Shown here: positions 1 to 8,900 of the stretch, piece by piece
Numbering within the stretch: the stretch's first letter is position 1
Layout: each line of letters begins with the position of its first letter
Origin: an uncultured virus (IMG/VR IMGVR_UViG_3300042516_001356)
Taxonomy: Duplodnaviria > Heunggongvirae > Uroviricota > Caudoviricetes
Direction: 5' to 3' (one strand)
IMG/VR virus record: IMGVR_UViG_3300042516_001356
DNA: 37,291 nt
Made by a program: the position numbers and the translations under genes
The notes under the pieces: model-generated
The model's database searches: none
The model's input: only the letters and a program-made list of their open reading frames with translations
What the model was told of the DNA's origin: nothing

Positions 1-2
1 TA

Positions 3-437
3 AGATATACTGTTAGCAACCTGGGACTATCTATTAACTCTTCATTTAGACAATCAAGGACAGTATCAGAAAATATGACAATTCCATTTTACAATAAAGC
101 AAAAATTATGGAAGATGGTGTTCCAGTTACAATTGCACCAACTAAGGCCAAAGTCTTAAAGTTTAATGGACCAAGTGGTGAAGTATTTACAAGTAAGACA
201 ATTACTGTGGATAACCCTGGTGGAGATATGGTTTATGGCAGTTTTGAAAAAACGGTAGACGAGTTTGTATTAAAATATTTTAAACAATCATTTCTAAAGG
301 CTTCTGGTATTTATGACTATATCAAAAAGCCACAACTATATAAAAAAAATATAAAGACTGGATCAAGAATGGGCAAAATTAAGGGTATTGATACAGGATT
401 TAAATGGATTGCTAATGCAACAATTGGGGTAGAATAA
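3..437 (+). CDS. Virion neck/tail-completion region protein, 5'-truncated by the window edge
   Basis: The frame of ORF 75..437 is open back to base 3 (RYTVSNLGLSINSSFRQSRTVSEN-MTIPF...), so the gene starts upstream. It lies two genes before the major tail protein. Confidence 0.55.
   Translation, partial: RYTVSNLGLSINSSFRQSRTVSENMTIPFYNKAKIMEDGVPVTIAPTKAKVLKFNGPSGEVFTSKTITVDNPGGDMVYGSFEKTVDEFVLKYFKQSFLKASGIYDYIKKPQLYKKNIKTGSRMGKIKGIDTGFKWIANATIGVE
427..435 (+). promoter_or_regulatory. Candidate -10 element (TAGAAT) for a leaderless transcript of the 442 gene
   Basis: GGG-TAGAAT with the hexamer at 430-435, 6 nt before the ATG at 442. No clear SD sequence. Confidence 0.4.
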
Positions 438-441
438 GACC

Positions 442-1014
442 ATGACTATATTAACTGACACTGGATTTCCACCAACCTTTTTAAATAGATATGTTTTGTC
501 TGAGTTGGCTCATTATGAACTTGTAGCAGACTCAGATTTAGTAACGCCAAGCCCAATGATTCCAGCACAGTTTCCAACCAATATTGAAGATTTATATAAT
601 GACAGTATTCAAATTAGACAGACAGAAAGCCCTATCTTAATTGTTTATGATAGATTAATGAGATTTAGGCCTACCCCGTTTTATCTACATAAAAGAGAGC
701 AGTTAATATATTTTATTTATTCTACAGACGTTGGTAAGTTAATAGACTCCGTTCGTGTTATATCTAACGCTCTTGATCGTGAAGACTCATCCGCAGAAGA
801 CGTAAACAGATATAATATTAATAACCCTATACTGGATGCTAATGCAGATATTTCTACTCCGTTTAATCTTATGTTCCACAGTACAAGGGTATACCAGGCA
901 GACGAAAGCAGAGACATAGCAGAACTAGCCTCAGCAAGGACCCTGTTTGTAAACAAGTTAATTGTTGAATATGACTATCATGTTGCAGTTGACTCAGACT
1001 CTAGATATACATAA
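442..1014 (+). CDS. Putative tail terminator / tail-completion protein
   Basis: 190-aa ORF directly upstream of the major tail gene. Assignment is by synteny only. Confidence 0.5.
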   Translation: MTILTDTGFPPTFLNRYVLSELAHYELVADSDLVTPSPMIPAQFPTNIEDLYNDSIQIRQTESPILIVYDRLMRFRPTPFYLHKREQLIYFIYSTDVGKLIDSVRVISNALDREDSSAEDVNRYNINNPILDANADISTPFNLMFHSTRVYQADESRDIAELASARTLFVNKLIVEYDYHVAVDSDSRYT

Positions 1015-1018
1015 AAAG

Positions 1019-1027
1019 CGGTATAAT
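1019..1027 (+). promoter_or_regulatory. Promoter -10 (CGG-TATAAT) for the major tail protein gene
   Basis: Perfect TATAAT at 1022-1027 in the intergenic gap. SD GAGGTGA lies just before ATG 1089. Confidence 0.6.
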
Positions 1028-1088
1028 TGGTTTTAGAGGAAACACGCCAAACAACTTAATAAATACTTTATGAAAGAGGTGAAATAAT

Positions 1089-1730
1089 ATGCCATATAGC
1101 CGTGGTACGTCAAATAACATTATCGTGGGTGCAGCAGCATTCTTCATTAATGATACAACTTTGACTCCAGCAACTTTAGCGTCATCAGCAGTGATTGATT
1201 CAAGTGAGTCTTACAAGGAAACACTTACATCAGCCGCTACTTATACCAACGTGGGTTACACCATGAATGGTTTAGAATTACAATTCCAACCAGACTTCGG
1301 TGAAGTTCAGGTAGATCAAATTCTTGACGTTGCAAGACTATACAAGCAAGGTATGCAAGTAAATCTTGCTACCGCTTTTGCTGAAGCAACCCTAGAAAAC
1401 TTGCTTGTAGCACTAGCATACTCTGATGATAAAATAACAGGAAATAAAAACGCATCAACAGGTCAAACACTTAACTTAAGTGCAGGAGATATCGGAGATG
1501 TTCCAGTAGAACGAGGAATCGTTGCTGTTGGTCCAGGATCTGGTGACCCAGCCACTTTTGCGGACAAAGAACGCATCTATGCAGCATATCGTGCTCTATC
1601 AATTGAGAACGTAACTGTGTCAGCAAAGCGTGATGAGCCGTCAATGTTTGAAGTTTCATTCCGTCTTCTTCCTGAAGATACATCAGGTTCTTACGGTAAG
1701 ATCATTGATCGTACCTATGGACAATCATAA
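1089..1730 (+). CDS. Major tail (tail tube) protein
   Basis: 213 aa with siphovirus tail-tube-like motifs (NIIVGAA, VGYTxxGLE, VDQ, AFAEATLENL). It has a strong SD, is followed by a terminator, and sits upstream of the chaperones and TMP. Confidence 0.85.
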   Translation: MPYSRGTSNNIIVGAAAFFINDTTLTPATLASSAVIDSSESYKETLTSAATYTNVGYTMNGLELQFQPDFGEVQVDQILDVARLYKQGMQVNLATAFAEATLENLLVALAYSDDKITGNKNASTGQTLNLSAGDIGDVPVERGIVAVGPGSGDPATFADKERIYAAYRALSIENVTVSAKRDEPSMFEVSFRLLPEDTSGSYGKIIDRTYGQS

Positions 1731-1748
1731 TCTAAACTTAGATTAAAC

Positions 1749-1779
1749 AAAAGCCCACCTTTAATTAGGTGGGTTTTTT
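1749..1779 (+). terminator. Intrinsic terminator after the major tail gene
   Basis: Stem GCCCACCT (1753-1760) / AGGTGGGT (1767-1774), loop TTAATT, followed by a T-tract. Confidence 0.85.
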
Positions 1780-1789
1780 GTTTTGCCTA

Positions 1790-1798
1790 TGATAGAAT
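1790..1798 (+). promoter_or_regulatory. Extended -10 promoter (TGA-TAGAAT), probably leaderless, for the long chaperone gene
   Basis: TGnTAnAAT ends 7 nt before ATG 1806, and there is no SD. Confidence 0.6.
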
Positions 1799-1805
1799 AG
1801 AAATT

Positions 1806-2501
1806 ATGGCAACAACCGTTTATCAAAATAAAGTAATAAAACTTATTGATGGCACAGAGTTAGAAATAAATCCATTAAAAATAAAACATTTACGTGAGTT
1901 TATGGAAGCATTTGAGTATGTCAAAAAAGCCAAAAATGATGACGAAGCCATAGAATGTATAACAGAGTGCATTAGAATTTGTATGAAACAATATTATCCA
2001 GATGTAGCACTAAACAAAGAGGACATAGAAGATAGCCTAGACATGCCAACTATATATTCAATATTAGATGTTGCAGCGGGAATTAAAATAAACAAAGAAT
2101 CTCAAGAAACAGTAAAAGATCAAGCAAAAGACAGTAATGCTACTTGGTCTGAGTTAGATTTAGCAAAAATAGAAGCAGAAGTATTTTTATTGGGCATTTG
2201 GAAAGATTACAAAGAATTAGAAGAATCGCTATCTATGCCAGAATTAATGGCCACCCTTTCTAGTCGTAGAGAACTTGACTATGAAGAAAAAAAATTTCTT
2301 GCTGCAATTCAGGGGGTAGATTTAGATAAGCAATCAGGTAATGATAGGGGACAAAAAGAGTGGGAAGATATGAAGGCCAGAGTATTTAGCAAAGGCAAGA
2401 CAGGCGATGGCAAAGACATTTTGGCTCTTCAAGGACATAGTGCCCAAAAAGCAGGGTTTGGCATTGGTCATGGTTTAGATTACGAAGATTTAACAAAATA
2501 A
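1806..2501 (+). CDS. Tail assembly chaperone, long GT-like form encoded in a single frame
   Basis: Lies between the major tail gene and the TMP. The N-terminal ~96 aa are paralogous to ORF 2563..2895, followed by an extra domain starting near W114 (WSELDLAKIEAEVFLLGIWKDYKELEESLS). Confidence 0.75.
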   Translation: MATTVYQNKVIKLIDGTELEINPLKIKHLREFMEAFEYVKKAKNDDEAIECITECIRICMKQYYPDVALNKEDIEDSLDMPTIYSILDVAAGIKINKESQETVKDQAKDSNATWSELDLAKIEAEVFLLGIWKDYKELEESLSMPELMATLSSRRELDYEEKKFLAAIQGVDLDKQSGNDRGQKEWEDMKARVFSKGKTGDGKDILALQGHSAQKAGFGIGHGLDYEDLTK

Positions 2502-2526
2502 AATAATAAAAAAATAATCATCATCA

Positions 2527-2535
2527 TGCTATAAT
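2527..2535 (+). promoter_or_regulatory. Extended -10 promoter (TGC-TATAAT) for the short chaperone and TMP
   Basis: Consensus TGnTATAAT with an A-rich upstream tract. SD GGAGGA at 2550-2555 region precedes ATG 2563. Confidence 0.7.
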
Positions 2536-2562
2536 TGACATAGCCTATAGGAGGAAAAATCA

Positions 2563-2895
2563 ATGGCAACAAACACGTATGAAGAGGTAGAACTAGTTCT
2601 TTTGGACGGAAGCAAGATTAAAGCAAGACCGCTTAAAATCTCATTACTTCGTCCATTTATGAAAAAGTTTTCAGAACTAGCAGAGGTGGCAGAGGATAAT
2701 GACAAGTCAACAACTGTCCTTATTGAGTGTGTTCAAATTGCTATGAAGCAATATAAGCCAGAAATTGCAGAAGATGCTAAAAAGTTAGAAGAAAATATTG
2801 ATCTTCCAACTGTTTACAGAATTATTGAATCTGCTTCAGGGGTAAAACTTCAAGATGCAAATGCACTCTTGAACACAGTTCTTGCAAACAATTAA
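2563..2895 (+). CDS. Tail assembly chaperone, short G-like form
   Basis: 110 aa, immediately upstream of the TMP. Shares LxDG...PLKI..LR.FM...EC..I.MKQY.P...D.PT.Y.I...A.G.K with the preceding gene. Confidence 0.8.
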   Translation: MATNTYEEVELVLLDGSKIKARPLKISLLRPFMKKFSELAEVAEDNDKSTTVLIECVQIAMKQYKPEIAEDAKKLEENIDLPTVYRIIESASGVKLQDANALLNTVLANN

Positions 2896-2911
2896 ATAAT
2901 GAGGTGAAAGA

Positions 2912-5900
2912 ATGAGTGATGTTAATGCCAAAATTGGCGTACAAATTGATACGTCGCAGGCGTTAGCGGAACTTAAAGGTTTACAGCGACAGTTAGCACT
3001 ATTCCATACTTCGGTATCAAAGGGTAGTGCTTCTGCTGCTGCTCAACAAAGAAATATGCAGCAGAATCTGCTGAATTCAATAAATGCTACTGGTAAATTT
3101 TCAGCACAAATGGGTGTTGTTAGAACATCTACAGAATCTTTTACACATTCTCTTGAAAAAAATAAACTGTCAATGCGTGAATACTTCCGTTTTGCGGGCG
3201 GTTCAACAAAAACATTTGGAAGATTATTTAAAACAGAGTTTGACACAATTGGCAAGGTAGCGCAAGAGCGTGTAAAAAAATTACAAACACAATATATTAA
3301 ACTAGGCCGTGATGCAAGCGGAGCAATGAAGGCTATCTCTGTTACTCCAACTAGCCTAAACATGAAAGACTATGGCACGCAAATTGCTATGGCAGCACAA
3401 AAACAAGCACTATTTAATCAATTATTAAAACAAGGATCTACCAATCTTTTAAACTTTGGTAAAAACACACAATGGGCAGGTCGCCAACTTATGGTTGGTT
3501 TTACAATTCCACTTGTTTATTTAGGAACTGTGGCTGGCAGAACATTTATGGATCTTGAAAAACAGGCTATTAGATTTAAACGTGTTTATGGAGACGTCTT
3601 TACAACAACGGAACAAACAAATGAGGCTCTTGAAAATATAAAACAACTTGCAGAGTCATTTACAAAGTATGGTGTAGCAGTTGTAGATACAATGAAGATG
3701 GCAGCAGATGCTGCGGCAATGGGTAAAACTGGAGCAGAACTTACTGCACAAGTTGCACAGGCTACAAGACTTGCAGTCCTTGGTGGAGTAGAACAGAGTC
3801 AAGCATTAGAAACCACAATATCAGTAACAAATGCTTTTGGAATAGCAGCAGAAGATTTAGCAAAAAAGATTGACTTTCTTAACGCAGTTGAAAACCAAAC
3901 AGTTGTATCTATTGAAGATTTAACTATTGCAATTCCTAAAGCAGGTCCAGTTGTTAAACAACTTGGTGGAGATGTTGAAGATTTAGCATTTTTCTTGACT
4001 GCCATGAAAGAGGGCGGTATCAATGCATCAGAAGGCGCCAACGCACTCAAATCTGGTCTTGCATCATTAATTAATCCAACAAAAAAAGCAAGCGCCATGC
4101 TTGCAGGGTTTGGTATTAATATTAATGCAATTGTAGAAGGCAACCAAGGAAACATTAGACAAACAGTTATTGACTTTTCAAGAGCCTTGGATACATTAGA
4201 TCCACTTAATCGTGCTCGTGCAATTGAACAGTTATTCGGCAAGTTCCAATTTTCACGTTTATCAACATTATTTCAAAACGTAACAAAAGATGGAACACAG
4301 GCATCAAAGGTACTTGCTTTAACAACAAACTCAGTTGAACAACTTGCGATTATGTCTGAAAGAGAACTTGGAGTTTTAGAGAATGCTGTTGGAACTAAAT
4401 TTAAAAAAGCAATTGAAGATCTTAAGTTAACTCTTGCGCCAATTGGTAAAACATTTTTAGAAGCAGTAACTCCAATTGCTCAATCAATTGCTGGCTTATT
4501 AGATAAATTTAATAATCTTGGAGATGGCACAAAGAAGTTTATAGTAGTAGCAACTACACTGGTTGGAGTTATTGGCCCAGTATTATTAATGACTTTTGGT
4601 TTATTATTAAACGCTGTTGCAAATGGTATTAAATTATTTGCAGTAATGCGTAGTGGATTTTTAAGGCTTGGCGGTAATTCAAAAATCCTTGCAGAACAAA
4701 CAAATTATTTATCAGTAGAACAATTAGAGGCTGCAACAATAGCAGCATCACTAAATCAAAGACATACACAACTTACACAACAGTTTGTAATGGAAGCAGG
4801 TTCACTGAAATTACTTCGTCAGGCATATATTGATGCAACTGCAGCAGCAGCAAGGTTTGCAGCAACAAATCCAGGAATGATGTTACCAGGATTTAGAGGA
4901 ATAAAAGGCGGAGGAACGCAAAAGTTTTCTTCTGGAACTACAGGTGTAGTTGGCGGGGAATCAGGAAAAGATTCTGTACCAGCATTATTAACTCCTGGAG
5001 AAGCAGTAGTTCCAGAGCCAATAGCACAAGACGATAGATTTAAACCATTAGTTGCAGCACTTGTAAGTGGAAAAATTGCACAATATAATGGTGGAACAAC
5101 TGGAGTAAAGCCAGGCTTGGCATTTGGACATGCTGTAGATTATAGACAAGTTTCTGGAGCAAACGTATCAGATAAATTTAGACAACTTGGCTTTGGAAGA
5201 GAAAATCTTTATACGTCCGTTGGCTTTGATATTCCTAAAGAAATGAATGCACAATTAAACAGAACTAATTCAAGAGTAAACATTGATGATTATAGAAAAG
5301 CCCTTCTTAATAACAACTCTTTAAGAACAATGACTTTAAGTCTGGCTAAAAGAGGAATTCCAGATAGAGAAGCATATAAAGTTGCACAACAAATTAGAGG
5401 AAATTTATTAAAATCTTTAAGTGGTTTGCCATCTGGTACTTTAATTAATGACAAAATGATTTACTCTAGAATGGGTAATGAAAGAACTGGAATTATGGGT
5501 GCGCTTGCAAAATCAGGAGATCCAATTATATCTAAAGCAGCAAGATCATTGCTTGGAGCAGCATCTACAAGTGCGGTTGGCGGATCAAAAATTGCAACAA
5601 ATAAATTAAAGCCAATTGATGATGTAATTAAGGCAGTACAAAAAACTCGTTCAAATCCAGTATTGGTTAAAAAATTAAATGAGTTAAAAAAACTTAATCC
5701 AAATCTTCAAATTCCAACTAGCCTAAATAGTGCAGGTGAAATTGTTGCTTATAGAAGACCTGAAATAACAGGTGGAAAAGTTACAGGGAATAATGTAATG
5801 AATGGATTAGTTGATGGAAAGTTTAGATCACAAAGAGAATTTCTAGGTGGTGGACGACAGGTTCTTAAAATTACTAAATCAATGAATGATACCTTTGATA

Positions 5901-8900
5901 GATTAATTAGTAAACAACCTCAAAAAGAAACTGTTGCCGTTAGAGCAAGAGGAGAGTTTAAGCGTGATTCCAGTGGAAAATTAACCGCACTTACTGGACA
6001 AAACACTGAAAGAAAGCCAGCATCGGTTGGAACAACAAGCAGAAATATTGCAGATAATAGAACAACAACTCTTGGTCCAAAAGAAACTGTAGTTCAAAGA
6101 ATTAGAAGAATACGTGGCTTTGCTGATGCTCAAAAGGTTGACAGCAAAGGAGTTCCTTTATCTGAGGCTACATCTAAATTGGCAATGGGTCCTAGAGGTT
6201 TAATTGCTAAACAGCAACAAGAAATAAAAAAACAAAATGAATCAATAAAACAATCAACCCAGGCTACAGATGATCTTACAAAGCAAACAAAAACAGCAAA
6301 ACAAAGTCTGACTGCTTTTAGTTCAAAAGCAACTATGGGCCTTGGCGCTATCTCTGGACTTACAATTGCAGCATCTTTTGCTGGAGGCAAGTTAGGAGAA
6401 ATGGCTCAAACTATAATGCCATTTGTTTTTGGATTACAGGGTATTGCTATGATTCTTCCACTACTCGCTAATCCTTTGGTAGCAGTTGTTGCTGGATTTG
6501 CTTTGGTTGGTGGAGTAATATATAAAATGGGTAAAGATTTAGAAAAAGCAAGGCTAGAAGGAATTAATCTTGCTAAATCAATGAGTATGACTTCAGAAAA
6601 ATTAACTGCTTTATCTGTTATTGCTGGAACTGTAAGTGCAAGTGAAGAGGCTGCAAGAAGAAGAAAAAACATAGTTTCTGGAACAGTTGAAGGACAAAGA
6701 CAGTTTGGACAAAATACATTAGAGAGTGAGTTTGGAAAAGGAATTCTTGCAGATATAGAAAAACAATCTAAAAGTGGTAAATCAATTAAAGAAATATCTC
6801 AAAACCTTGCTAATAATTTAGCAGTTGCAGTTGCACAAGGAGCGGTAACAACAAGTCAAGCAAGAAGCATTTCTGCAGCACTTGGAGAAAAACTTGGAAG
6901 TTATGAAATTCCAGCACTAGTAAGTGGAAAACTTGTAAGTCTGCTTGGTCCAAATGGCGAAAACCTTGCAACAGATCCATTACAGGTAACATTGCAAATA
7001 CAAAAAGATTCTATGCAAAGACAGGCTGACTCTTTTAGAACAGCAGTAGATGGGGCTATTAGTGAATCAACTGGTCCAAATGTATTGGCAAGAGTTGCTG
7101 GCTTTGGATTAATAGCAGCAGGAGCAGCCGCTGCCGTTCTCACCGCAGGCGCTGCTGCAGTTCCAGGTGCAGCCCTTGCCGCTACTGGAGCGGGATTGAT
7201 GCTTGGAGGAGAGGCAGACGCTAATAAAAGAAAATCAGTAAATGTTAAACTTGCTGCAGCAGCAGTTGAACTTGGAATACAAGAGGTAGCACAAAATCAA
7301 GGACTTGTAGATTCATTAAATAAACAATATGATTTAAAGTTAAAGTCTGCAAAAACAGAACAAGAAATAAAAACAATTGAAGATCAAAGAAAAGCAGGTC
7401 TTGCTACATTAAATGCAAGTAATGCAAATGCATTAAATTTATTAGTAAAACAAAGAGATCAACTAGGAGGAGAAGCGTTTACTAAAGGAATTAAGGCAGC
7501 AGCAGATGCGATGTATAAAGAAGGTCCAATGGCAGTCTTTAAAGATCAAGCATTAGACGCATTAAATAATTTAAAAGATTCAGAATTTAAAACAGAGTTG
7601 CAGGTAGGTCTTGCATCTGGGCAGGTAGGACCAGCAGTAATTACAAAAATTCTTTCAACTGCAGCAGGAAATAAAGGATTTGAAACAGCATTTAGTCTTT
7701 TAGTTGACAAGCAAGGTCTTGCAGATGCTGCATTAATTGCAGAATTGTTACCATCTGAGGGTGCAACAGATACAACAAGAGCGCTTATGCTTGGATATAT
7801 TAATAACAACAGTGAAGATTTTGATAAAGATATGCAAGCATTAAGTTTCTTAAATCAAATAAATCCTACATATGGAATTACTCTTGATCTTAAAGCCAAT
7901 GGAATACAGCAATTGGCAACGGCTACAAATGCATTAAAACAAATTGAAGGGCTAGATCCCACATTAACTAAAGATGTAGTTGCAAAACTTGCTGAAGAAA
8001 AACCAGGAGAGTGGAAGGCTTTTTATGATCAATGGACAATTTTGTCTGAAGGAAAAGATTTTGTAAATAAAAACCTAAAGGTTGCTTTTGATGTTGTATC
8101 TAACGATCCAAACTTTAAAGGTTTTGAAGGTGCTGCTGGCAAAAGTGCAGCAGAAATTATAGCAAAGGGTGGAATATTACCAGGAGCAATACCAGGTGGA
8201 GGAGTTGTTGAAGATAAGGGTCCTGGCAAACGAGATACAGTGCTTGACGACTTATTATTAAAATTAAAATTATTTAGAAAAGAGTCTGTAAATGCTTTGG
8301 GTGGTTGGAAAGAACTTGTCAAACAACTGGGTAGCGGAAAATCTATAAATGCATTTAAGGGAACTACAAATCAATTACAAGGTATGGGTGCTAACGAAAG
8401 TTTAGTTCAGTTTGCCGAAGGACTTGGTGCAGAAGAAGCAGGAAAATTCTTTGATAAGATTACAAGTAAGGCAAAGAATGGCAAGTTAGTGCTAAACGAT
8501 TATGGTAAATCATTAAACCGACTATTCCCAACAGTTCAGGCGGGTATATATTTAAGACAACAGGACCAGATTACAAGAGAACAAACAACTCAAAATAAAG
8601 CACTATCAATGCTGAGAGCAAGAGGCGTTGATGCCGCTACTGCACTAGAATTAACTGCTGATGCAGCACAAGCAGCAGCGATCGTAAGTAAAGACCTGGA
8701 TGGCAAAGATCTAGAAAAAATGATTGATAGAACTAAAAAGGCTACTGCTGCAACAAAAGAATTTGAAAAAGCATTAAAGGCTACTCAATTTGAAGCAGAT
8801 GAATTATCAGAAGGTGGAGCAGAAGCATTAAGTGAAAATTTTGATTATCAATTTATTGAAATTCAAAAAAAGGCAAAAGATTCATTTAAAAAGATAAATG

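Noticed and set aside
2287..2294. A8 run (A AAA AAA) in the long chaperone gene as a programmed frameshift site
   Set aside because: It lies about 47 codons inside the C-terminal domain, not at the G/T junction, and A7-A8 runs are common in this AT-rich sequence.
2528..2544. GCTAT-N7-ATAGC inverted repeat and a TTGACA immediately after the -10 at 2527
   Set aside because: The arms are only 5 bp, and the TTGACA has no -10 at the proper spacing. Too weak to call an operator or second promoter.
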